From NCBI RefSeq assembly GCF_000018785.1, contig NC_010163.1, positions 780,001 to 812,000 of the forward strand: 32,000 bases of DNA, in the 5' to 3' direction. Shown here in pieces: positions 8,450 through 16,706 of this stretch; position 1 is the stretch's first letter; each line of letters begins with the position of its first letter. The translations under genes and the position numbers were made by a program. A model generated the notes under the pieces. That model was not told where the DNA came from. It worked only from the letters and a program-made list of their open reading frames with translations, and searched no databases. Source of the stretch: Acholeplasma laidlawii PG-8A. Its GTDB lineage: Bacteria; Bacillota_I; Bacilli_A; Acholeplasmatales; Acholeplasmataceae.

Positions 8450-9103
8450 TTACTTACTATAATATATTACAGGACTTGGTTCATAGTTCTTTAAATCCAC
8501 TTCAATAGATTCAATCACTACCTTGGTTAAAGGTGCATCATTGGAATTCGTACTTAGACTCTCAATTTGGTTTAAGATAGTAAAACCGCTTATAATACCA
8601 CCAAAGGATGCATATGCGCCATCTAAATGTGGTGAGGTGGATGTCATCATAAAAAACTGTGATGTTGCACTATTTTTATCACTAGTTCTTGCCATGGAAA
8701 GCACACCATAAGTATGTTTTAGGTTGTTTAAAAACCCATTAGAAGTAAACTCACCACGAATTGGTAATTTTGAGTCCTTAACCATACCGCCTTGAACCAT
8801 AAAATCTTTGATAATTCTATGAAAACTGCTATCACTAAACTGATCATCTAATATATAGTCAATAAAATTATTGACGGTATTTGGTGCAACATCATGAAAT
8901 AACTGTGCTGTAATAATGCCATAATCTTTGACTTTAATAGTGATTATAGGGTTTTCATCATTTAAATAATTAAAGTACGCCAAATCCTCTAATTTAACAT
9001 CTACTTCTTCGCCTTTATCAGTTTCATCAGGTGTTTTACTTTCACATCCTACAACTATAAAAACACTAAATAATACAAGAATTGATAATATTAATTTCCT
9101 CAT
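8450..9103 (-). CDS. Peptidyl-prolyl cis-trans isomerase, cyclophilin type, predicted lipoprotein
   Basis: Lipobox-like signal (LSVFIVVGC). Cyclophilin core includes FHRIIKDFMVQGG, YGVLSMART, TSQFFMM and LDGAYASFGGIISG. Confidence 0.9.
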   Translation of the reverse strand: MRKLILSILVLFSVFIVVGCESKTPDETDKGEEVDVKLEDLAYFNYLNDENPIITIKVKDYGIITAQLFHDVAPNTVNNFIDYILDDQFSDSSFHRIIKDFMVQGGMVKDSKLPIRGEFTSNGFLNNLKHTYGVLSMARTSDKNSATSQFFMMTSTSPHLDGAYASFGGIISGFTILNQIESLSTNSNDAPLTKVVIESIEVDLKNYEPSPVIYYSK

Positions 9104-9286
9104 CTATATGCTACCTCTGCAAATTTTTCTCTAAGAAAGATTATAACATGCTCTAGTTATATTACCAAGTGTATTATGAGTAGACTTTATAGAGATAGTT
9201 TTCAGATGCATCAACAAATATTATAAATCCATATGTATGAGGTAATTCTTAGTATGTCTACAACTCAAAGTATATGTTACATACTA

Positions 9287-9517
9287 CTAGGCATCTAAAT
9301 CTAAAACTGGTGTGATAATAAATTTACATGATCTACAATAAAAGGATACAGCCTTTTTTTTAGTTAAAAATGGTGTTTTTGTTATCATAATACTATTTTG
9401 AGGTCTACCAAAAATTGTAAGAGGCATCATCTCATCCTTGGGTAGCCACATAATTGGCATTTTAGTGTTGTAAATGTAGCCTTCTTTCATCGTATTTAGA
9501 CATTTTGGACATTGCAT
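9287..9517 (-). CDS. Small zinc-ribbon protein (DUF6487/PF20097-like)
   Basis: Two Cys pairs: MQCPKCLNTMKEGYI...SFYCRSCKFIITPV. Confidence 0.65.
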   Translation of the reverse strand: MQCPKCLNTMKEGYIYNTKMPIMWLPKDEMMPLTIFGRPQNSIMITKTPFLTKKKAVSFYCRSCKFIITPVLDLDA

Positions 9518-9665
9518 GGTTCATCTCCTTTTATAGTCTATTGATTTATTTTTATGATTCTGTTGTACTGTAAATTCATTATATCATTAACTTAGATTCA
9601 AATACTTTATAGTTATAAGTAAATCATAATATAATTAAGACAACATCATATAAAAGGAGTAACTT

Positions 9666-9875
9666 ATGGAAAAAGAATTAAAGTATATGATTTTAACTGT
9701 CGAGAGTTATCCGTTTGGGTTTGAAATTAAATATTTTTATTTACCAGTTATGAACCATATTCAAATCGGTGATGTTATAAAAAGTAAACATGGTCATCGA
9801 TATAAAATCATAGATGGTAAAACTAAACTTTCTATGACAGATATTGATACAAAAATATACATACCTTTCGAATAA
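9666..9875 (+). CDS. Small hypothetical protein (69 aa)
   Basis: Complete ORF preceded by AAAGGAG RBS. No family recognised. Confidence 0.55.
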   Translation: MEKELKYMILTVESYPFGFEIKYFYLPVMNHIQIGDVIKSKHGHRYKIIDGKTKLSMTDIDTKIYIPFE

Positions 9876-9962
9876 TTACCACATCACTTAATCAACGGTG
9901 ATGTGTATCTACATAGATTTAACCAAACTTATCACATGATAACTATACACGGAGGAATACAT

Positions 9963-10529
9963 ATGAAAAAAATCCTGATTAGTCTCTATTTAGTTTTGTG
10001 TTTTTATACACTGTTTCATCTTATATTTAACTTTCAAAATGAAGGTGTTCTAGAAAGTATTTTTTTATTGGAAGCCGATCCACTTGTTTTTGCAGTATTT
10101 AATCTTCTTGGTTTGTTTCCATTAGCCTTTTTAACTTTAGCACTATCTACAAACAAATTAAAAATTTTGGACTTCGCATTACTTTTCTCTGGATTTATGT
10201 TGGGTGGTTTTGTAAGTACTCTTTATTTTATACGCGCTTCAAAACCTAGTTTCAAACCTATAAAGTGGTTGCAGTCAATCTCTATACTTGGTATATTATT
10301 GACATTTATGACGATTGTAAGTGGTTTAATTTTCGGAAGTATTACTACCTATATAGAACTATTCAAAAGTGACTCGTTTATACATATTATGACACTAGAT
10401 TTTATATTTATGGTGTTCATTAGTCCTATATTATTAAGACCAATATCCAAATACTACTTGCTAGGTTTAATACCAATCATTGGCATATTTATACCATTCA
10501 TTATAGATAAAAACATACAAGCAAAATAA
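9963..10529 (+). CDS. Hypothetical multi-TM membrane protein
   Basis: GGAGG RBS before MKKILISLYLVLC supports the start at 9963 rather than 9903. About 6 hydrophobic segments. Confidence 0.65.
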   Translation: MKKILISLYLVLCFYTLFHLIFNFQNEGVLESIFLLEADPLVFAVFNLLGLFPLAFLTLALSTNKLKILDFALLFSGFMLGGFVSTLYFIRASKPSFKPIKWLQSISILGILLTFMTIVSGLIFGSITTYIELFKSDSFIHIMTLDFIFMVFISPILLRPISKYYLLGLIPIIGIFIPFIIDKNIQAK

Positions 10530-10550
10530 TAGTTGACTTCAACTATTATT
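10525..10550. terminator. Bidirectional terminator containing the stop codons of both convergent genes
   Basis: AATAATAGTTGA-CT-TCAACTATTATT followed by a T-run. The stops at 10527-10529 (+) and 10546-10548 (-) lie inside the stem. Confidence 0.75.
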
Positions 10551-11346
10551 TTTTTAGTATCTCTTTACCTAATTTTTCCGCTTTTGTATGTATAGCTAAA
10601 TCGGGATAAGTTTCAAACAAACTTTTATTTATCTTTTGTTTTAGTTTGATTAAATATATATCATGATGAATGTGTTCTGATACAATACTAACCATCAAAT
10701 GATTTTGGGTTGTTGTAGCCTGCCATTCCCCTCTAAAAGGGTCATAATTGGCCACCAAAACACTTTTTAGGTCACTTACAAGCATTAATCTATTAGATTC
10801 GTTTTGTTCGTTTTGGTGACTATATATGAATACATTGGGTTTACTATAATTTGTTTTAGCAAAACTAAATACGTGTACATCCACACCTTTTCTATTTAGA
10901 AAATCAAAAGCATCTTCAAATAACTCTAATTTTAAATCTGTGTTCATGTACACTTCTTGTCTCGATTCATAAAGTAGTGTTCTGGCTTTTCCAATAATTG
11001 CATCAAAGCCGTTCATGTTAAAATAAGGTGTTTTTAGTGGCTGAACCTTAATTTGGTTCAATTGTTTTCTTAATTGCTGCATATGTTCTTGATGCTTGAA
11101 TTCTAACATACTTAAAAGTTCATTAGGATCTTGACTATAATAAAGTTCCTTATTTCCACTTTCAAGTAAAAGTACACCTTCTTGATGCATTTTATCAATA
11201 ATGCCATAAATAGAAGATCTCGATAAACGAATATTTTTCGAAATTTCATAGACAGTTTGTCCTGGATTTTCTAATAAAAATACATAGATCATGGATTCAT
11301 TTTCCGTAAAATAAACAGACTTTAATAATTCAATGGTATCATTCAT
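10546..11346 (-). CDS. TrmB-family transcriptional regulator
   Basis: N-terminal winged helix (ALLENPGQTVYEISKNIRLSRSSIYGIIDKMHQEGVL-like) plus coiled coil and C-terminal TrmB-like effector domain. Confidence 0.75.
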   Translation of the reverse strand: MNDTIELLKSVYFTENESMIYVFLLENPGQTVYEISKNIRLSRSSIYGIIDKMHQEGVLLLESGNKELYYSQDPNELLSMLEFKHQEHMQQLRKQLNQIKVQPLKTPYFNMNGFDAIIGKARTLLYESRQEVYMNTDLKLELFEDAFDFLNRKGVDVHVFSFAKTNYSKPNVFIYSHQNEQNESNRLMLVSDLKSVLVANYDPFRGEWQATTTQNHLMVSIVSEHIHHDIYLIKLKQKINKSLFETYPDLAIHTKAEKLGKEILKK

Positions 11347-11481
11347 AGCTATTACTCCTTATCACTGTAAGCGTTGTCTCTATTATACAACGATTTTGTA
11401 ATACTTACAAAAAAAGCGCTAAGTTATAAAAAAAACTTAAGGTGTTTAGTCTCTTTTGACTATTTACCTTAAGTTCTTTAG

Positions 11482-11733
11482 TTATATACTCTTTATAAGT
11501 AGATTTAACGCTTCATCAATGCCTTCTAAATCTACCTTATTAATTTCTTCTATTTTTTGTACTAAATTGGATGTTGTAATTAAACCAATGACACGGTCTA
11601 CACTAGATCGGATTGCTTTGAGTTGTGTCACAATATCCTCGCAACTTGCTTGATTGTCGATAAGTTTAAGTACACCATTAACTTGTCCTTGTGTTCTTTT
11701 GAGTCTATTTACAATCGTAATATCACATTTCAT
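11482..11733 (-). CDS. CsoR/RcnR-superfamily repressor, CstR-like (persulfide-sensing type)
   Basis: MKCDITIVNRLKRTQGQVNGVLKLIDNQASCEDIVTQLKAIRSSVDRVIGLITTSNLVQKI...ALNLLIKSI. GGAG RBS upstream of this ATG. It lacks the CsoR His/Cys copper ligands and is embedded with rhodanese/CoADR genes. Confidence 0.8.
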   Translation of the reverse strand: MKCDITIVNRLKRTQGQVNGVLKLIDNQASCEDIVTQLKAIRSSVDRVIGLITTSNLVQKIEEINKVDLEGIDEALNLLIKSI

Positions 11734-12028
11734 ATTCAACATCTCCATTATAAGCACTCATGCCACCTAATACGTTGGTAATCTTAAAACCTTGTTGAGC
11801 TAAGAAGTTTGATGCGACTTGACTTCTTGATCCACTCCAACAGACGACATAATAATGATCTTTTTTATTGATTTTTTGTAGATGATTACCAAATTCTGAT
11901 AAAGGCATATGAATCATATCTTTAATGTAACCCATACTCATTTCACTTTTTTCTCTTACATCAATAACTTTTACTTGACCTTTTCTTACTAACATTTCTA
12001 GTTCTTGAGCCATAATTGTTTGATACAT
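11723..12028 (-). CDS. Single-domain rhodanese sulfurtransferase
   Basis: VIDVREKSE... and active loop VVCWSGSRSQVA. AGGAGG RBS supports the start at 12028. Confidence 0.88.
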   Translation of the reverse strand: MYQTIMAQELEMLVRKGQVKVIDVREKSEMSMGYIKDMIHMPLSEFGNHLQKINKKDHYYVVCWSGSRSQVASNFLAQQGFKITNVLGGMSAYNGDVEYEM

Positions 12029-12029
12029 A

Positions 12030-13661
12030 TTATTTAACCTCCTTTTGAGTTTTACTATATATACTATATGAACCATCTAGATTATAACAATCATAACCTA
12101 ATGGTCTTAAAATTTGTTCTGCATTGTAACTTCTAGTACCACTTTGGCAGTATAGTACTATTTTTTTATCTTTAGGTATTTCATCTAGTCTTGAACGCAA
12201 GTCATCGATTGGGATGTTTAATGCGCCTTTAATTTTACCTAGACTTCTTACTTCTGATGTATTTCTAACATCAACAAAGAAAGCACCTTCTTCAATGAGC
12301 GCATCCACTTGGTGCCATTGAACCGTCTTAGATAGACCTAATATAACATTTTGACTTACATAACCTGCTAAATTCACGATATCTTTAGCACTACCAAATG
12401 GTGGTGCATATGTAAATTCTAGTTCTTGTAACTCAGTAACTTTTAAGCCTGATTTTATTGCTGTGGCAATAATATCAATTCGCTTATCTACACCTTTTTT
12501 ACCAACTGCTTGTGCCCCAAGAATTTTTTGAGTTTTCGGATCAAAGATTACTTTTAAATTTATGGAGGTAGCACCTGGGTAATATCCTGCGTGATCATTT
12601 GCTAATAAGTGGATGACCTCATACGCTCTATTCCCTAATTGTTTTTCATTTAATCCAGTTGATGCAAATGTTTGATCAAATAAGCGAACAATAGAGGTAC
12701 CTAATGTACCTTGATATTTAACATCTAATCCATTTAATATATCAGCTAATTGACGCCCTTGGCGATTTGCAGGGCTTGCTAGAGGAATTAAAGTATCTTC
12801 GTTTGTAATAAAGTTTTTGACGATGATTGCATCACCTACTGCATAGATATCTTTAATAGAAGTTTCAAAGTATTCATCTACTTTAATTCCATTTCTCATA
12901 CCAACTTTAATACCAGCTTCAACAGCCAAATTTGATTCAGGTACAACACCAATTGAACTAATAATAAAGTCTGCATCTAATTTTAGGTCATCAAATATAA
13001 GTTTATTATCTTCGATTTCTAATAGGTCTTTAGATGTATAAACATCTATACCTTGCTTTTCAAGTTCTAACCTAGCAAATTGACTCATTTCATAATCAAG
13101 TGGTGTTAACACTTGGTTAGCTCTCTCTATAATAGATACATGAAGTCCTAATTTCTTTAGGTTTTCAGCAACTTCTAACCCGATGAATCCAGCACCAATA
13201 ATCGCAACCTTTTTAGGGTTGTTAGTATGGATAAAATCCATAATATAATCTAAATCCGGTATATTTCTAAGTGTAAAGTATGGTATGGTATCCATGCCTT
13301 TTACTTGAGGGATAATTGGTTTCGCACCTGTAGAAATAACCAGTTTATCGTAAGGATAAGCACTTTCTACACCATTATTTTTTACAATAACTTGTTTCTT
13401 TTTAGGTTCAATTTTGACTACTTCATGATTTTGTTTGATGATTAGATTAAATCTATCAATGAGCATCGTATCTTTTGCAACTAACAGTTTATCTCTACTA
13501 TCAATTTCCCCTGAAATATAATAAGGTAGACCACAATTAGCAAAAGATACAAATGGACCCTTTTCAAATATAGTGATTTCATCTGCCTGATTGAGTCTAC
13601 GATATCTTGTCGCAAAACTCATACCACCAGCTACACCACCTATAACTACTATTTTCTTCAT
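12030..13661 (-). CDS. CoA-disulfide reductase / CoA-persulfide reductase with C-terminal rhodanese domain (CoADR-RHD)
   Basis: FAD motif VVIGGVAGGMSFATRYRR, active-site SFANCGLPYYISGEI, NAD motif VAIIGAGFIGLEVAENL, C-terminal rhodanese VLYCQSGTRSYNAE. Confidence 0.92.
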   Translation of the reverse strand: MKKIVVIGGVAGGMSFATRYRRLNQADEITIFEKGPFVSFANCGLPYYISGEIDSRDKLLVAKDTMLIDRFNLIIKQNHEVVKIEPKKKQVIVKNNGVESAYPYDKLVISTGAKPIIPQVKGMDTIPYFTLRNIPDLDYIMDFIHTNNPKKVAIIGAGFIGLEVAENLKKLGLHVSIIERANQVLTPLDYEMSQFARLELEKQGIDVYTSKDLLEIEDNKLIFDDLKLDADFIISSIGVVPESNLAVEAGIKVGMRNGIKVDEYFETSIKDIYAVGDAIIVKNFITNEDTLIPLASPANRQGRQLADILNGLDVKYQGTLGTSIVRLFDQTFASTGLNEKQLGNRAYEVIHLLANDHAGYYPGATSINLKVIFDPKTQKILGAQAVGKKGVDKRIDIIATAIKSGLKVTELQELEFTYAPPFGSAKDIVNLAGYVSQNVILGLSKTVQWHQVDALIEEGAFFVDVRNTSEVRSLGKIKGALNIPIDDLRSRLDEIPKDKKIVLYCQSGTRSYNAEQILRPLGYDCYNLDGSYSIYSKTQKEVK

Positions 13662-13665
13662 GACA

Positions 13666-13944
13666 TTACCCCCTTGTATAATATTTAAGCATGCCGCCTT
13701 TAATATTTACCGCATCGACACCATTTTTCTTTAAAATCCTTACTGCCATTCTACTTCTCATGCCAGATTGACATGTTACAAACACTTTTTTATCTGTTTT
13801 ATATTTAGAAATTTGTCCTATAGGTATGTTTTTAGCACCCTTATGATGAAAAGGTTGAAACTCATATGGTTCTCTTACATCGATGACAATATCAGCATCT
13901 TTAATGTCTCGCCATGAAACGGAATTTGATTTGAAAAAAAACAT
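13666..13944 (-). CDS. Single-domain rhodanese sulfurtransferase
   Basis: DIVIDVREPYEFQPFHHKGAKNIPIGQI and active loop VTCQSGMRSRMAV. Confidence 0.88.
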   Translation of the reverse strand: MFFFKSNSVSWRDIKDADIVIDVREPYEFQPFHHKGAKNIPIGQISKYKTDKKVFVTCQSGMRSRMAVRILKKNGVDAVNIKGGMLKYYTRG

Positions 13945-13984
13945 TTTTTATTCTCCTTATATGGTTAAATAGGTTCATCCAACG

Positions 13985-14000
13985 ATACCCCATTGGGTAT
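13985..14000. promoter_or_regulatory. CsoR/CstR-type operator palindrome
   Basis: ATACCCCATTGGGTAT, arms ATACCC/GGGTAT, located just downstream of the predicted transcription start of the rhodanese operon. Confidence 0.7.
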
Positions 14001-14009
14001 ACTTACATC

Positions 14010-14038
14010 ATTCTATTACAACCTATTTATTTAGTCAA
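14010..14038 (-). promoter_or_regulatory. Promoter of the rhodanese-CoADR-rhodanese-cstR-like operon
   Basis: Minus strand TTGACT-(17 nt)-TAGAAT. The -35 is at 14033-14038 and the -10 at 14010-14015. Confidence 0.75.
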
Positions 14039-14108
14039 GAATAAGCACTTACACATTTTAGATTCGCTAAATATTCACATATTATATATGCTTGTACATA
14101 TAAATAAA

Positions 14109-14137
14109 AAAACAATCTAAAAAACTTAGATTGTTTT
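14109..14137 (-). terminator. Terminator downstream of arsR/permease/thioredoxin-like operon
   Basis: AAAACAATCTAA-aaaac-TTAGATTGTTTT. Confidence 0.85.
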
Positions 14138-14167
14138 TAGGTATAGCATACGATCTATTATCGTAGA

Positions 14168-14410
14168 CTACGCTTTATGTTTGTTTATCAACTCAACTAT
14201 TTGTCCAACTGATAAAAGTTTTCCTGATGATACGACTTTTCCATCAATGACTAAACCTGGAGTAGCCATAACACCTAATTTTAGAATTTCGTTAGTATCA
14301 GAAATTTGTTCAACACTTTCTTCTATTCCGCATTCTTTTGCGGCATCCATCGTATTTTGATAGTTTTGCATTGATTTTTTGCAGCAACCACCAAGTGCTT
14401 GTATTTTCAT
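14168..14410 (-). CDS. Thioredoxin-like small redox protein (redox-active disulfide protein 2 / MTH895 family)
   Basis: MKIQALGGCCKKSMQNYQ...GVMATPGLVIDGKVVSSGKLLSV. GGAGG RBS supports the start at 14410. Confidence 0.85.
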   Translation of the reverse strand: MKIQALGGCCKKSMQNYQNTMDAAKECGIEESVEQISDTNEILKLGVMATPGLVIDGKVVSSGKLLSVGQIVELINKHKA

Positions 14411-14425
14411 TTTTATTTCCTCCAT

Positions 14426-15436
14426 TTATATGAAAATATATCCAATAAAATTAAATAAATAACCAATAATGATGATACCTATCATGACAATCACTATAAA
14501 CCATACTAAGAGTTTAGTTTTTACCACACGCTTTAGCATAATCAGTGATGGGATAGATAGTGTTGTAACACTCATCATAAATGCTAATATTGTACCTAAA
14601 CCTGCTCCTTTGTTGAAAAGTGCTTCTGCAATTGGTATGGTACCAAAAATATCTGCATAAATTGGTGCACCTACTAAAACAGCAATTAGTACAGAAAATG
14701 GATTATCTTTTCCTAAAACACTTTCAATCCACGCTCCTGGTATCCAGTTGTGTATGAGACTACCGAAACCAACACCAATAACAATATACCAAAATACTTT
14801 TTTATAAGTATCTTTGACCTGATCGAGTGCATAGGTCATTCTTTCCTTCGTTGTCAAAGACTCTACTTCTAAATCTACATTAGCACCATCAAACACAAAT
14901 CCTTCGATATAATTACCTAAACCACTCACCTCAATGATTGAACCACCTAAGACTGCAAGAACTAAGCCTACGATTACATATGCAATAGCTACTTCAAATC
15001 CAAAAATACTTGCAAGTAGGATCAGTGCACCTAAATCCACCAATGGACTAGATATTAGAAATGAAAATGTCACTCCACTGGATAACCCAGCTCTCGTAAA
15101 CCCTATAAAGATAGGAATAGATGAACATGAACAAAACGGAGTTAGAGTACCTAATAATGCGCCTATTGTATTTGCTCTAACACCTTTAAATTTACCTAAT
15201 ATCTTTTTAGTACGTTCAGGTGGAAAAAATGATTGAATGTATGAAACAATAAATATTAATACACACAATAAGATACCAATTTTAATAAAGTCATAAATGA
15301 AAAATTGTAAGGATAAACCCCATTTACCACCAGCAAATTCAGATCCAAATAAAAAGTTAAGTAATTCTCCAACTAAGCGATTGAGCCATTTCATAGCCAG
15401 TATTTCATTTGTTATAAACCCTAGTACATCACTCAT
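14426..15436 (-). CDS. UPF0718/DUF318-type permease
   Basis: Multi-TM protein with GALLGTLTPFCSCSSIPIFIGFTRAGLSSGVTFSFLISSPLVD and IGAPIYADIFGTIPIAEAL. Confidence 0.88.
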   Translation of the reverse strand: MSDVLGFITNEILAMKWLNRLVGELLNFLFGSEFAGGKWGLSLQFFIYDFIKIGILLCVLIFIVSYIQSFFPPERTKKILGKFKGVRANTIGALLGTLTPFCSCSSIPIFIGFTRAGLSSGVTFSFLISSPLVDLGALILLASIFGFEVAIAYVIVGLVLAVLGGSIIEVSGLGNYIEGFVFDGANVDLEVESLTTKERMTYALDQVKDTYKKVFWYIVIGVGFGSLIHNWIPGAWIESVLGKDNPFSVLIAVLVGAPIYADIFGTIPIAEALFNKGAGLGTILAFMMSVTTLSIPSLIMLKRVVKTKLLVWFIVIVMIGIIIIGYLFNFIGYIFI

Positions 15437-15759
15437 TTATTTAATACTTTCCTTTCAGTAGGTATATGGCATATACAGTCTTCAGATACAGTCACGATAT
15501 CTTTCATATATTCCATAAATTTATCCGTCATATGTGTATTAAGTGAATATCTCATCCAAGAACCATCCTTGTTACCTTCTACTAATCCAGATTCTGTTAA
15601 CATTTTCATATGGTAACTTAAGGTGGACTGTGTGATATGTACGTTTTCTAGAATCTCACACGCACAAAGTGAACCGCAAGATAGCATATCTAAAATTTTT
15701 AATCTGGTCGGATCACCTAAAGCTTTAATTACTAGTAAATATGTTTGATATTTTTCCAT
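15433..15759 (-). CDS. ArsR family transcriptional regulator
   Basis: MEKYQTYLLVIKALGDPTRLKILDMLSCGSLCACEILENVHITQSTLSYHMKML. GAGGTG RBS. Stop overlaps the permease start (ATGA). Confidence 0.88.
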   Translation of the reverse strand: MEKYQTYLLVIKALGDPTRLKILDMLSCGSLCACEILENVHITQSTLSYHMKMLTESGLVEGNKDGSWMRYSLNTHMTDKFMEYMKDIVTVSEDCICHIPTERKVLNK

Positions 15760-15792
15760 CTTTTCACCTCTAAATAAATATAATAAAAACAC

Positions 15793-15846
15793 ATTGATAA
15801 CTATCGATATGATACTAGTATACTCCTGATATCGATAATCGTCAAT
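15793..15846. promoter_or_regulatory. ArsR-operon promoter inside a large imperfect inverted repeat (candidate ArsR operator)
   Basis: Arms ATTGATAACTATCGATA (15793-15809) and TATCGATAATCGTCAAT (15830-15846), 14/17 complementary. Minus strand promoter TTGACG (15840-15845)-17 nt-TATACT (15817-15822). Confidence 0.7.
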
Positions 15847-15902
15847 ATGTTTTATTCAATATGATTTATTTCATTACTTTTAATTTATATAATTAGAAAA
15901 TA

Positions 15903-16706
15903 CTACGCTGTAATATCCTTTTTCTTGTAAAAATACCAAGATAGTAATAAAGATATCGCGATGATGCCTAAAGAAATAACTAAGTATAACGGCTTAATCA
16001 TCTGATCATTTACAATACTTACCGCATTGACAAATTCATACGGTGAAATGTATTTTAAATATTCAAATTCATCTGTTAGTTTACTTATTAAGTCAATAAC
16101 ATACATGCCAATAACAAGCCCTAATGCAATGCTCAACACTCTTCTTGATTTTGTAACAAACACACTAATTAGGAAGGATATACTTGCAAAAATCATTTGA
16201 AGAACAAACGGTGCATAACTGTATAAAAACCATATGGTCATATTTACATCACCATAAATTACAAATGCTGCCATTAATACAAGGGCAACCAAGCTATTTA
16301 GTATAAGTAAATTTAGAATAATGACCATTATTTTACCAAATACGATTTGTGTTCTACTAATCGGTTTACTTAGTAGAAACTCAATCGTCTTATCATCTTC
16401 TTCTTTACTTAATATACTTCCGCCTAATATTGCAGCAAAACTTCCACCAATAAGATTTACAAATAAATAACCTTCAACACCAAACCAACCATAGAAAGTA
16501 CTCATATCTAGTCCACCTTCACCCATGCCAAAAATTTCTAGAAACTCCGGTGGATACATACTTAAAAATTCTTCTATATTAGAAAAGGCATCTTCAAATG
16601 CAGGAAATAACATAAGCATTAATGCTGCAGTACCTGCAACAATTACTGACCATAAGATTAAACTTTTAAAGTTTCTTTTAAATTCTGTCATAATGAGTTT
16701 GTTCAA
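15903..16706 (-). CDS. ABC-2 type transporter permease
   Basis: Six TM segments; 'LEEEDDKTIEFLLSKPISRTQIVFGKI'-type ABC-2 motif. Overlaps the ATPase gene by 4 bp. Confidence 0.85.
   Translation of the reverse strand: MNKLIMTEFKRNFKSLILWSVIVAGTAALMLMLFPAFEDAFSNIEEFLSMYPPEFLEIFGMGEGGLDMSTFYGWFGVEGYLFVNLIGGSFAAILGGSILSKEEDDKTIEFLLSKPISRTQIVFGKIMVIILNLLILNSLVALVLMAAFVIYGDVNMTIWFLYSYAPFVLQMIFASISFLISVFVTKSRRVLSIALGLVIGMYVIDLISKLTDEFEYLKYISPYEFVNAVSIVNDQMIKPLYLVISLGIIAISLLLSWYFYKKKDITA

Noticed and set aside
8523-8711. Plus-strand ORF 8523-8711
   Set aside because: Antisense to the cyclophilin gene; no supporting signal.
11456-11653. Plus-strand ORF 11456-11653
   Set aside because: Antisense to the CstR-like gene; no domain.
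14469-15236. Plus-strand ORFs 14469-14660 and 14934-15236
   Set aside because: Both are antisense to the permease gene and mirror its hydrophobic codons.
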